Assembly (NCBI GenBank): GCA_031295725.1
Contig: JAUMNV010000123.1
Span: 1-57,755, forward strand
Length of the DNA stretch: 57,755 nucleotides
From: Collinsella sp.
Lineage (GTDB): Bacteria; Actinomycetota; Coriobacteriia; Coriobacteriales; Coriobacteriaceae
Direction of reading: 5' to 3'
The notes under the pieces are model-generated. The model made no database searches. It was given only the letters and a program-made list of their open reading frames with translations, and was not told the origin of the DNA. Positions 49,229 through 57,755 of the stretch are shown here, one piece after another; within the stretch, counting starts at the first letter, position 1, and each line of letters starts with the position of its first letter. Both the position numbers and the translations under genes were made by a program.

Positions 49229-50002
49229 CTACATCGCCATTCCGCCGTCGACGCGTATGACTTCGCCCGTAATGTAAGCGGCGGCATCACTCGCCAAAAA
49301 GCGCACCACGCCGGCCACCTCTTCGGGCTGCGCCATACGCTTAAGGGGAATCTGCTCCTCGGTTACCGTACGCACCTTCTCCGAGAGCTTTGCCGTCATA
49401 TCGGTCTCGACAAACCCGGGGGCGACCGCGTTCACTCGTACGCCGCGGGGCGCAAGCTCGCGCGCCACCGCCTTGGTCAGACCGATCACGCCCGCCTTGG
49501 AGGCGGCGTAGTTGGCCTGCCCGGCATTGCCCATCAGGCCCACAACCGAGCTCATGTTGATGATGCAACCGCCGCGCTGGCGCATAAAGGTCTTGGTGAG
49601 CGCGCGCGTCGTGTTAAACGTTCCTTTAAGATTGACATCGAGCACGCGATCGAAGGCGTCATCGCCCATGCGCATGAGCAGGCCATCGCGGGTGATGCCA
49701 GCGTTGTTGACGAGCGCCCAAATGGAGCCAAAGTCGTTGAGGACCGCTTCCACGCACGCGTTGACGGCAGCGGGGTCGGCCACGTCACATTGATATGAGC
49801 GCGCCGTGGCGCCAGCCGCCTCACAGGCTTCGCACGTCTCGCGCGCCGCATCTGCGCTACCGGCATAGACGACGGCGATATCGTAGCCGTCCTCCGCCAG
49901 GCCCACGGCACAAGCGCGACCGATGCCGCGCGAGCCGCCCGTGACAAGCGCCACGCGACGTGAGTCGTTGCGCTCGAGCGCGCCGTTGTTCAAGTTGCCC
50001 AT
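49229..50002 (-). CDS. fabG: 3-oxoacyl-ACP reductase
   Basis: TGGSRGIG, NNAGITRD and YAASK. Confidence 0.95.
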   Translation of the reverse strand: MGNLNNGALERNDSRRVALVTGGSRGIGRACAVGLAEDGYDIAVVYAGSADAARETCEACEAAGATARSYQCDVADPAAVNACVEAVLNDFGSIWALVNNAGITRDGLLMRMGDDAFDRVLDVNLKGTFNTTRALTKTFMRQRGGCIINMSSVVGLMGNAGQANYAASKAGVIGLTKAVARELAPRGVRVNAVAPGFVETDMTAKLSEKVRTVTEEQIPLKRMAQPEEVAGVVRFLASDAAAYITGEVIRVDGGMAM

Positions 50003-50032
50003 GTCATTCCTTTCGGGTTACAGCCCTGTGGA

Positions 50033-50959
50033 CTATGCGAGCTCGTCGGCAATAGCTGCGACCTGCTCGGCCGTTTCGCACGAATACACGCGAACGTCGC
50101 TCAGCGTACGCTTGACCAGGCCCGACAGCGTTTTGCCGGGGCCGACCTCAATAAACGTGTCGATGCCTTGATCCTGCAGAGCATGCAGCGTGTCGACCCA
50201 GCGCACGGCATGACTCACCTGGTTGGTCAGCACCTCCGATGCCGCCTGCGGGTCGGCCGGATAGGGCGCCGCCGTCATATTTGCCATAACAGGAATGAGC
50301 AACGGGGACGGCGCGTGACCGGCATCGATATATGCAGCTAGGCCACAGGTCGCCTCGGCCATATAGGGGCTATGGAATGCACCCGACACCGCGACCTTCA
50401 TGGCCCGGCCGCCAGCCTCTTTTACCAGGACGTCGAGGGTCTGCAACGCATCGGGCGCTCCGGCCACAACCGTCTGCTGGGGGCTGTTGTAGTTGACCGG
50501 CCAGCAGTCCTCGCCGGCCTGTTTTGCCAGGCCCTCAACTTGCGCCGCATCGAGCTTGATGACGGCGCGCATGCCGCCCGGATGGCGCTCGGCAGCCGTG
50601 GCCATCAGCGCCGCGCGCTCGCACACGAGCTCAAAGCCCGCTCGCGTATCGAATGCCCCCGCAAAGGTGAGCGCGGCGACCTCGCCCAGCGAGAATCCCG
50701 CACAGGCGGCAGGCACCACGCCGCGCTCGCGCAGGGCGGTAGCCGCTGCCAGGTCGTGAACGAACACGCACGGCTGCGTGTTCTCGGTCTGCGAGAGCTC
50801 CTCCTTGGAGGCGCTCCGGCACTGCTCGCTGGTCCCCGGGCGCACCTCGTCAGCAATGGCGAACACCTCGGCGGCCGCCGGTGATGCCTCGATGAGGTCG
50901 ACGCCCATCGCGGGGTGCTGGGCGCCCTGGCCGGCAAACAAAAACGCTACGCTACCCAT
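50033..50959 (-). CDS. fabD: Malonyl-CoA:ACP transacylase
   Basis: FAGQGAQ, GFSLGE and VSGAFHS. Confidence 0.93.
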   Translation of the reverse strand: MGSVAFLFAGQGAQHPAMGVDLIEASPAAAEVFAIADEVRPGTSEQCRSASKEELSQTENTQPCVFVHDLAAATALRERGVVPAACAGFSLGEVAALTFAGAFDTRAGFELVCERAALMATAAERHPGGMRAVIKLDAAQVEGLAKQAGEDCWPVNYNSPQQTVVAGAPDALQTLDVLVKEAGGRAMKVAVSGAFHSPYMAEATCGLAAYIDAGHAPSPLLIPVMANMTAAPYPADPQAASEVLTNQVSHAVRWVDTLHALQDQGIDTFIEVGPGKTLSGLVKRTLSDVRVYSCETAEQVAAIADELA

Positions 50960-51891
50960 GCGCACGCACCCTTCAGGACGCGCTCGGCACCCTCGACCAG
51001 ATCGTCGACGATTTCGCGTGCGCTCTGGCGTTCGTTGACCATGCCAGCAATCTGTCCGCACAAATACGAACCCTCTTCGTAATTACCGTCCTTTGCGGCT
51101 TTACGAAGCGCGCCCGTGCCCATGGCCCCGAGCTCCTCGGGGCTTGCGCCCGCCGCCTCGTTCTTGGCATACGCGTTGGTGAAGGGGCTCTTGAGGGCGC
51201 GAACCGGATGTCCCGTCGAACGGCCAGTCGCGCGCGTCGAGGTGTCTCCCGCCTTGAGCACCAGCTCTTTGTATTGCTCGGAGACGGTACACTCATCGGC
51301 AACGAGAAAACGCGTGCCCACTTGGACGCCAGCGGCGCCAAGCATAAAGGCGGCCGCCACCCCGCGGCCATCCGCGATACCGCCGGCTGCCACAACGGGG
51401 ATATCGACCGCGTCGACAACCTGCGGAACGAGCGCCATCGTCGACGTCTCGCCAATATGTCCACCCGATTCGGTGCCTTCGGCAACCACGGCGGTGGCCC
51501 CGCGACGCGCCACGAGACGCGCCAGCGCCACCGAGGCAACAACCGGGATGACCTTGATGCCCGCGTCGTTCCAAGCCTTCATGTACTTGGTGGGATTGCC
51601 GGCACCCGTCACGACGACCGGCACTTGCTCGTCGATCACAACCTGTGCGACCTCGTCGGCAAACGGGCTCATAAGCATGACGTTCACGCCAAAAGGCTTA
51701 TCCGTCTTGGTGCGCAGCTCGTGAATCTGATCGCGCAGCCAGTTGGCGTCGGCATTCATGGCCGCGATGATTCCCAACCCGCCGGCCTCGGACACGGCCG
51801 AGGCAAGCGAAGCATCGGCAATCCAGGCCATGCCGCCCTGGAACACGGGCTTTTCGATGCCGAGCAGCTCGCAGAGAGGAGTCTTGAGCAT
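50947..51891 (-). CDS. fabK: Enoyl-ACP reductase II
   Basis: QGGMAW, EGTESGGHIG and AAGGIADGRG. Confidence 0.92.
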   Translation of the reverse strand: MLKTPLCELLGIEKPVFQGGMAWIADASLASAVSEAGGLGIIAAMNADANWLRDQIHELRTKTDKPFGVNVMLMSPFADEVAQVVIDEQVPVVVTGAGNPTKYMKAWNDAGIKVIPVVASVALARLVARRGATAVVAEGTESGGHIGETSTMALVPQVVDAVDIPVVAAGGIADGRGVAAAFMLGAAGVQVGTRFLVADECTVSEQYKELVLKAGDTSTRATGRSTGHPVRALKSPFTNAYAKNEAAGASPEELGAMGTGALRKAAKDGNYEEGSYLCGQIAGMVNERQSAREIVDDLVEGAERVLKGACAWVA

Positions 51892-51893
51892 CT

Positions 51894-52130
51894 CTACTTC
51901 TCCAATGCCGCCTCGACCGTATCGGCGAACTCGCCAACCGTCTTGGGGTTCTCCTCGGTATCGAGCTCAATGCCAAACTCGTCCTCGACGGCGACGAGGA
52001 TCTCGACGGTGCCCAGGCTGTCGAGGGCAATCTCCTCGAGCGTGGACTCGGGCTTCATCTCGACGTCGTCAAGGCCAGCGGTCTCGCGGATAACGTCGCA
52101 AACGCGCTCGAAGGTCTTCTGATCTGCCAT
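51894..52130 (-). CDS. acpP: Acyl carrier protein
   Basis: Acidic 78-aa protein with LDSL phosphopantetheine site. Confidence 0.92.
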   Translation of the reverse strand: MADQKTFERVCDVIRETAGLDDVEMKPESTLEEIALDSLGTVEILVAVEDEFGIELDTEENPKTVGEFADTVEAALEK

Positions 52131-52182
52131 GGTAGTTCTCCTTTGTTTGTGCCCTATGGGCGTTTTTATTTCCTATGTGCGA

Positions 52183-53142
52183 CTACTTCCAACGAAGCAG
52201 ATAGCCACCTATATCCAGGCCGGCGCCAAATCCAACGAGGGCGATGGTGTCGTCCTCATTCAGTGCGTCGGTACGTGCCAGCCGGTCAAGCGCAAAGGGA
52301 ATGCAGGCGCTCGAAATGTTGCCGGTCTCGCGTAGCGTTCGAACCACGCGCTCGTCTGGCACGCCGAGACGCTTGACCGCCTGACTCAGGATTCGTTCGT
52401 TAGCCTGATGGAATACAAAATGATCGATGTCTTCGACCGAAATGCCCGCATCGCTCGCAAGCTTATGGACCGTGTCGCAGATGGCGTTGACGCCGAACTT
52501 GAACACGCGGCGACCATTCATGGACAGCACGCTCGCGCTATCTGCGGAGTCCTTAAACGGCGAGGTGCCGACCAGACCGGGAACGCGCAACGTCTCGACG
52601 TCGGGCGCCGTCGAAAGCTCAACGGCAAGGGGGTTGTCTCCCCCAGCCCCTATCACTGCAGCGCCCGCGCCATCGCCAAAGAGCACGCACGTAGCGCGGT
52701 CTGACCAGTCAAGCGCGCGCGTCATCTGCTCGGAGGCAACGACAAGCACATGCTTGGCTCGTCCTCGAGCGATATAGCCCTCGGCGACATCGAGCGCAAA
52801 TACGAAGCCGGCACAAGCCGCCGAAACGTCGAAGGCTGGACATGTGGCACCCAGGCGCTCAGCAACGGCGCACGCTTCGGCAGGAACGAGATGATCGCCC
52901 GTCGTCGTCGAGCAGACGATAAGATCCAGCTGGCTCGCATCGAGTCCGGACGCTTGGAGCGCTTGCTCGCTCGCTGCCACGGCAAGGTCGTCGAGTGACT
53001 CGGCGGTGCACACATGGCGGCTCTTGATTCCCGTACGGGTAAAAATCCACTCATCCGAGGTGTCCAGGAACTCGGACAGCTCGTCGTTGGATACGCTGCG
53101 CTCGGGAAGCGCCGAGCCCGTTCCCAGTATCGTGAAACCCAT
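52183..53142 (-). CDS. fabH: 3-oxoacyl-ACP synthase III
   Basis: AACAGF, LFGDGAGA, HQAN and GNISSA. Confidence 0.94.
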   Translation of the reverse strand: MGFTILGTGSALPERSVSNDELSEFLDTSDEWIFTRTGIKSRHVCTAESLDDLAVAASEQALQASGLDASQLDLIVCSTTTGDHLVPAEACAVAERLGATCPAFDVSAACAGFVFALDVAEGYIARGRAKHVLVVASEQMTRALDWSDRATCVLFGDGAGAAVIGAGGDNPLAVELSTAPDVETLRVPGLVGTSPFKDSADSASVLSMNGRRVFKFGVNAICDTVHKLASDAGISVEDIDHFVFHQANERILSQAVKRLGVPDERVVRTLRETGNISSACIPFALDRLARTDALNEDDTIALVGFGAGLDIGGYLLRWK

Positions 53143-53160
53143 CACTAACCTCCTTTGCGT

Positions 53161-53224
53161 TGTTGACGTGTTTACATCGACCAAGAGAGGATAGCGCATT
53201 TCAGTCATTGTTGACGTGTTAACA
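53161..53224. promoter_or_regulatory. Two near-palindromic operator-like sites upstream of fabH
   Basis: TGTTGACGTGTTTACA (53161) and TGTTGACGTGTTAACA (53209). Confidence 0.7.
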
Positions 53225-53318
53225 TTAAATTGTCCAAATGCGACAAAGGCTTCACATTGTGTCTGCCTCACGACACCATTGCGTTATTCACTTATTCATT
53301 AAGGAGGTAGCAGCCGCT

Positions 53319-54095
53319 ATGGATGCCCAATTTACGATAGTCGACGTAACCGGATCGACTAACGATGACCTGCTCGAAGCAGGAAAACAAGGAGCGCCGC
53401 ACGGCACAGGACTTGCCGCCCGGGCTCAGACAGCAGGACGCGGCCGGCGCGGCCACAAGTGGGATTCAACCGCCGGCAACCTATTGCTTTCGATTGTCCT
53501 GCGTCCATGCGTTAATCCTGCAAAGTACTCTGGTCTTGCCGCCGTCAGCGGCCTAGCGGTGCTCGAGGCGCTCGAAAAGCAGGGTCTTTCTAACGAGATC
53601 GGCCTTAAATGGCCCAACGACCTCGTCGCGCGAGGGCGCAAACTCGGCGGCATTCTGGTCGAAGCCGCACGCGATAACGAAGGCAAGCCTTTCGCCGTCT
53701 GCGGCATTGGCGTCAATGTGAACTATGTGCCTTCGGAGGTTCCCGATGGCGGCCTGGCGGCAATTGCCCTCTCAGACCTCAACGAGAATGTTCCCGCCGT
53801 CGATGTGCTGCTCAAGGAGGTCTATTACACCGTCGTAAACGCTGTGGACGCGTGGGCAGATCTGCTCGACGCCATGAAAGAAAACACTGGACCGCTCGCG
53901 CCCGTCCACGGCGAATATGTCACTCACCTCAATTGGATCGGAGAGCACGTTATCGCCCGTTCCCCTGCCGGTGACGAGCTGGCACGCGGCATCTTTAAAA
54001 CCGTCGATGCCTTTGGTCGCGCATGTATCGAAACGGAAGGCGGCTTGCGATCCTTCCATTTTGAGGAGGCATCGCTGCGTCCCTTGAGCGAATAG
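53319..54095 (+). CDS. birA: Biotin-protein ligase (no HTH domain)
   Basis: STN, QTAGRGRRG, KWPND and KLGGILVE. Confidence 0.93.
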   Translation: MDAQFTIVDVTGSTNDDLLEAGKQGAPHGTGLAARAQTAGRGRRGHKWDSTAGNLLLSIVLRPCVNPAKYSGLAAVSGLAVLEALEKQGLSNEIGLKWPNDLVARGRKLGGILVEAARDNEGKPFAVCGIGVNVNYVPSEVPDGGLAAIALSDLNENVPAVDVLLKEVYYTVVNAVDAWADLLDAMKENTGPLAPVHGEYVTHLNWIGEHVIARSPAGDELARGIFKTVDAFGRACIETEGGLRSFHFEEASLRPLSE

Positions 54096-54153
54096 GGCGC
54101 TGCAGCCACCTACTCGGCAGCAATGCCCGGCAGTCCAAACCATTATTCAAAAC

Positions 54154-54189
54154 AAAAGAGCCCCGCTACCAACATGGCAGCGGGGCTCT
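54154..54189 (-). terminator. Terminator after rpsJ
   Basis: AAAAGAGCCCCGCTACC...GGCAGCGGGGCTCT. Confidence 0.8.
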
Positions 54190-54210
54190 GTAAGCTATGA
54201 GCGATATCGC

Positions 54211-54519
54211 TTAGAGCTTGATGTCGATGTCGACGCCAGCGGGGAGGTCGAGACGCATGAGCGAATCAACGGTGCCCGAGGTGGGGTCGAGGATGTCGAT
54301 GAGGCGCTTGTGAGTGCGCATCTCAAACTGCTCACGGGAGTCCTTGTTCACGTGCGGCGAGCGGATAACCGTGTACAGGTTGCGCTCGGTGGGCAGGGGG
54401 ACAGGACCGGAAACGCGAGCGCCGGTCTTCTGAGCGGTCTCGACGATGAGCTTCGCGGACTGATCGACGACCTCGTGATCATAGCCCTTGAGGCGAATGC
54501 GGATCTTCTGGGTAGCCAA
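54211..54519 (-). CDS. rpsJ: 30S ribosomal protein S10
   Basis: KIRIRLK and [13 protein letters not shown]. Confidence 0.98.
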   Translation of the reverse strand: MATQKIRIRLKGYDHEVVDQSAKLIVETAQKTGARVSGPVPLPTERNLYTVIRSPHVNKDSREQFEMRTHKRLIDILDPTSGTVDSLMRLDLPAGVDIDIKL

Positions 54520-54579
54520 CTTAAACCTCCAAAGAGTGCGAGAGATGTTCTCGCGGATTACGTAACAGGGAGCTCGAAC

Positions 54580-56679
54580 TTAGGCGTTCTTGCTCATGAC
54601 CTCGTCCACGATGGACTTGGGCGCGGGCTCATAAGAGTCGAACTGCATCGTGTAGGATGCACGGCCCTGGGTCTGGGAGCGAAGGTCGGTAGCGTAACCG
54701 AACATCTCGCCCAGCGGCACCTTGGCACGGATGAGCTTGCTGTTCTTGCGATCCTCCATGCCCTCGATCTTGCCGCGGCGACCGGAGAGGTTGCCCATAA
54801 CGTCGCCCATGTACTGCTCGGGGGTCTCGACCTCGACAGCCATGATCGGCTCGAGCAGCTGCGGATCGGACTTCTTGAGGGCGTCCTTGATAGCCATGGA
54901 ACCGGCGATCTTAAAGGCGGCCTCGGAGGAGTCGACCTCGTGGTAAGAACCATCGAACAGGGTGACCTTGACGTCGAGGACCGGGAAGCCGGCGATAACA
55001 CCGGTGTTCAGGGCCTCCTGGATGCCCTTGTCGATGGACGGGATGTACTCCTTGGGCACGACGCCGCCGACGATAGCGTTGACGAACTCGTAGCCGAAGC
55101 CCTCCTCCATCTTCTCGAGCTTGATGACGGCGTGACCGTACTGACCGCGACCACCGGACTGACGGACGAACTTGCCCTCAGCCTTCTCGACGTCGTGACC
55201 AGCGGTCTCGCGGTAGGCAACCTGGGGCTTACCAACGTTAGCGTCAACCTTGAACTCGCGGAGCAGACGGTCGACGATGATCTCGAGGTGCAGCTCGCCC
55301 ATGCCGGCGATGATGGTCTGGCCGGTCTCGTGGTTGGTGGACACCTGGAAGGTCGGGTCCTCCTCGGCGAGCTTGGTCAGAGCCAGGGACATCTTGTCCT
55401 GCTCGGCCTTGGTCTTGGGCTCGATGGCAACGTCGATAACGGGCTTAGCGAACTCGATCTTCTCGAGGACGATCTCCTTGCCCTCTTCGCACAGGGTGTC
55501 ACCGGTGGTGGAGTTCTTGAAGCCGACGCAAGCGACGATGTCGCCGGCGGCAGCGTCGTCACGGTCGATACGCTCGGCGGCGTTCATCTCGAGGATGCGG
55601 CCGAGGCGCTCGCGCTGACCGTTGGAAGCGTTGATCACGTAGGAGCCGGACTCGGCACGGCCGGAGTAAACGCGGACGTAGGTGAGCTTACCGACGAACG
55701 GGTCGGTCATGATCTTGAAAACCAGGCCGGAGAAGGGCTCGTCGAAGGAAGGATGACGCTCGATCTCCTCGCCGGTGTCCGGATCGGTACCGGTGACGGC
55801 CTCGACGTCGAGCGGGCTGGGCAGGTAGTCGACGACAGCGTCGAGCAGCTCCTGGACGCCCTTGTTCTTGTAGGCGGAGCCCACGAAGACGAGGTTGAGC
55901 TCGTTGGCCAGAACGCCCTTGCGCAGAGCAGCCTTGAGCTCCTCGACGGTGAAGTCCTCCTCCATGAGGATCTTCTCCATGAGCTCGTCGTCAAAGCTGG
56001 CAGCAGCGTCGAGGAGCTCCTCGCGCTTGGTGGCAGCGATGTCGGCGAACTCAGCCGGGATCTCGTCCATCGGCTCGGGGTAGGTCATACCCTTCTCGTC
56101 GGCCTTGAAGTCCCATGCAGTCATGGTGACCAGGTCGATGACGCCCCAGAAGTTGTCCTCGGCGCCCATCGGGACCTGAGCGGCCACGGCGTTAGCGTCG
56201 AGACGATCCTTCATGGTCTCGATAGCGTTGAAGAAGTCAGCGCCCACGCGGTCATACTTGTTGATGAAGGCGATGCGGGGGACGTTGAAGGTAGAAGCCT
56301 GACGCCAAACGGTCTCAGACTGGGGCTGAACGCCGGCAACGGCGTCGAAGACGGCGACAGCGCCATCGAGGACGCGCAGGCAGCGCTCGACCTCGGCGGT
56401 GAAGTCAACGTGGCCCGGGGTGTCGATGATCTGGATGCGGTAGTCCTTACCGTCCTTGTTCCAGAAGCACGTGGTAGCAGCGGAGGTAATGGTTACGCCG
56501 CGCTCCTGCTCCTGAACCATCCAGTCCATGGTGGCAGCGCCCTCATGGACCTCACCGATCTTGTGGGTCTTACCGGTGTAGTAAAGAATACGCTCGGTCG
56601 TGGTGGTCTTACCGGCATCGATGTGGGCCATGATGCCGATGTTACGGGTATCGGAAAGCTTGTACTTAGGCTTAGCCAT
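54580..56679 (-). CDS. fusA: Elongation factor G
   Basis: [17 protein letters not shown] and GMGELHL. Confidence 0.98.
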   Translation of the reverse strand: MAKPKYKLSDTRNIGIMAHIDAGKTTTTERILYYTGKTHKIGEVHEGAATMDWMVQEQERGVTITSAATTCFWNKDGKDYRIQIIDTPGHVDFTAEVERCLRVLDGAVAVFDAVAGVQPQSETVWRQASTFNVPRIAFINKYDRVGADFFNAIETMKDRLDANAVAAQVPMGAEDNFWGVIDLVTMTAWDFKADEKGMTYPEPMDEIPAEFADIAATKREELLDAAASFDDELMEKILMEEDFTVEELKAALRKGVLANELNLVFVGSAYKNKGVQELLDAVVDYLPSPLDVEAVTGTDPDTGEEIERHPSFDEPFSGLVFKIMTDPFVGKLTYVRVYSGRAESGSYVINASNGQRERLGRILEMNAAERIDRDDAAAGDIVACVGFKNSTTGDTLCEEGKEIVLEKIEFAKPVIDVAIEPKTKAEQDKMSLALTKLAEEDPTFQVSTNHETGQTIIAGMGELHLEIIVDRLLREFKVDANVGKPQVAYRETAGHDVEKAEGKFVRQSGGRGQYGHAVIKLEKMEEGFGYEFVNAIVGGVVPKEYIPSIDKGIQEALNTGVIAGFPVLDVKVTLFDGSYHEVDSSEAAFKIAGSMAIKDALKKSDPQLLEPIMAVEVETPEQYMGDVMGNLSGRRGKIEGMEDRKNSKLIRAKVPLGEMFGYATDLRSQTQGRASYTMQFDSYEPAPKSIVDEVMSKNA

Positions 56680-56698
56680 GTTAGTTCCTTACCTTAAC

Positions 56699-57172
56699 TT
56701 ACCAACGATAGTGAGAGAACGCGCGGTTGGCCTCGGCCATCTTGAAGACGTCCTCACGCTTCTTGACGGAAGCGCCCAGGCCGTTGGAAGCGTCGAGGAT
56801 CTCGTTGGCGAGACGCTCGGCCATGGTCTTCTCCTTGCGAGCGCGGGAGAAGTTGACGATCCAGCGGATACCCAGAGCGGTGGAACGACGGGAGTTGACC
56901 TCCATCGGGACCTGATAGGTAGCGCCACCGACACGCTTGGGCTTAACCTCGAGCGTGGGCTTGACGTTGTCCATAGCCTTCTTGAAGGTAGCGAGAGCGT
57001 CGCCACCCTCGGACTTCTCGGCAACGATCCCGAAAGCGGTGTAAACGATGCGCTCAGCGGTGGCCTTCTTGCCGTCAAGAAGGACCTTGTTGATGAGCTG
57101 AGTCACCAGGCGGTTGTTGTAAACGGCGTCAGGCTGAACCTCACGACGATTAGCTGCTGCACGACGCGGCAT
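56699..57172 (-). CDS. rpsG: 30S ribosomal protein S7
   Basis: [10 protein letters not shown] and [12 protein letters not shown]. Confidence 0.98.
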   Translation of the reverse strand: MPRRAAANRREVQPDAVYNNRLVTQLINKVLLDGKKATAERIVYTAFGIVAEKSEGGDALATFKKAMDNVKPTLEVKPKRVGGATYQVPMEVNSRRSTALGIRWIVNFSRARKEKTMAERLANEILDASNGLGASVKKREDVFKMAEANRAFSHYRW

Positions 57173-57245
57173 GTGAAATCTCCTTAAGTGTCTACCGTGC
57201 GGCGCTTAGGCGGCACACGGCGAAAGTATCAAAACGTTATCTGGC

Positions 57246-57623
57246 TTATTTGGCCTTGGGGCGCTTAGCACCGTACTTGGAACGGGCCTGCATACGGTTC
57301 TGGACCGGAGCAGCGTCGTAGGCGCCACGGATGACGTGATAACGGACACCAGGGAGGTCACGGACACGGCCGCCACGGACGAGCACGATGGAGTGCTCCT
57401 GCAGGTTGTGGCCCTCACCCGGGATGTAAGCAGTAACTTCGATGCCGTTGACGAGGCGAACACGGGCAACCTTACGAAGAGCCGAGTTCGGCTTCTTGGG
57501 GCTCGTGGTGAAGACGCGGGTGCACACGCCGCGCTTCTGGGAGTTGTGCTGCAGAGCAGCGTTCTTGGACTTCTTGGGCACGGAACGACGGCCCTGGCGA
57601 ACCAGCTGGTTAATAGTAGGCAA
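57246..57623 (-). CDS. rpsL: 30S ribosomal protein S12
   Basis: [16 protein letters not shown] and [14 protein letters not shown] start. Confidence 0.98.
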   Translation of the reverse strand: MPTINQLVRQGRRSVPKKSKNAALQHNSQKRGVCTRVFTTSPKKPNSALRKVARVRLVNGIEVTAYIPGEGHNLQEHSIVLVRGGRVRDLPGVRYHVIRGAYDAAPVQNRMQARSKYGAKRPKAK

Positions 57624-57755
57624 AGCGTACTCCTTCTCGAATGATTCCAGCTTTCTGTAAAGTGCAACGGCTTGAATCGAGGGGTCAGCATCCCCCTACG
57701 AAACACGCAGTTCGATAGGATACGTGCCGTTAGCTGTGCCGTCAACAGACCACGC

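Noticed and set aside
50033..50959. FabD GFSLG instead of GHSLG as a sign of inactivation
   Set aside because: The catalytic Ser and AFHS His are intact, and this position varies in Firmicutes-type FabD.
54310..56697. 795-aa + strand ORF (also 17608-19368, 25641-27143, 32063-34081)
   Set aside because: Shadow frames opposite fusA and other well-supported genes; no motifs.

Overview
GC-rich chromosomal window, most likely from a gut Coriobacteriaceae (Collinsella-like; this is inference from gene content and protein character). From left to right: (1) an anaerobic purine/urate catabolism cluster (ygeW-ygeY-dpaL, then xdh-ferredoxin-ygfK-ssnA-NCS2 permease, two YheO-type PAS-HTH regulators, ridA), split in two by a ~12.5 kb accessory segment (5.1-17.6 kb); (2) U32 peptidase, RluA, DeoR and Gfo/Idh genes; (3) S10/spc ribosomal genes rplC..rplX; (4) a Firmicutes-type FASII/acc operon with birA, lying between rpsJ and rplC; (5) rpsL-rpsG-fusA-rpsJ without tuf. 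The most interesting signals are in the accessory segment. Three arrays of a 14-bp box (GGGAYRYRNTTTCC) in alternating orientation, with nearly fixed 16/18-nt spacers (62-bp period), bracket an AAA-ATPase/nuclease gene and an AbiEi/Vsr-like nuclease gene. There is also a candidate SOS-controlled type I toxin-antitoxin locus, a C-protein-regulated restriction-modification system with an unrecognised 549-aa endonuclease, and a duplicated exonuclease 3' end that brackets cargo DNA. All assignments come from reading motifs by eye; no searches were run.
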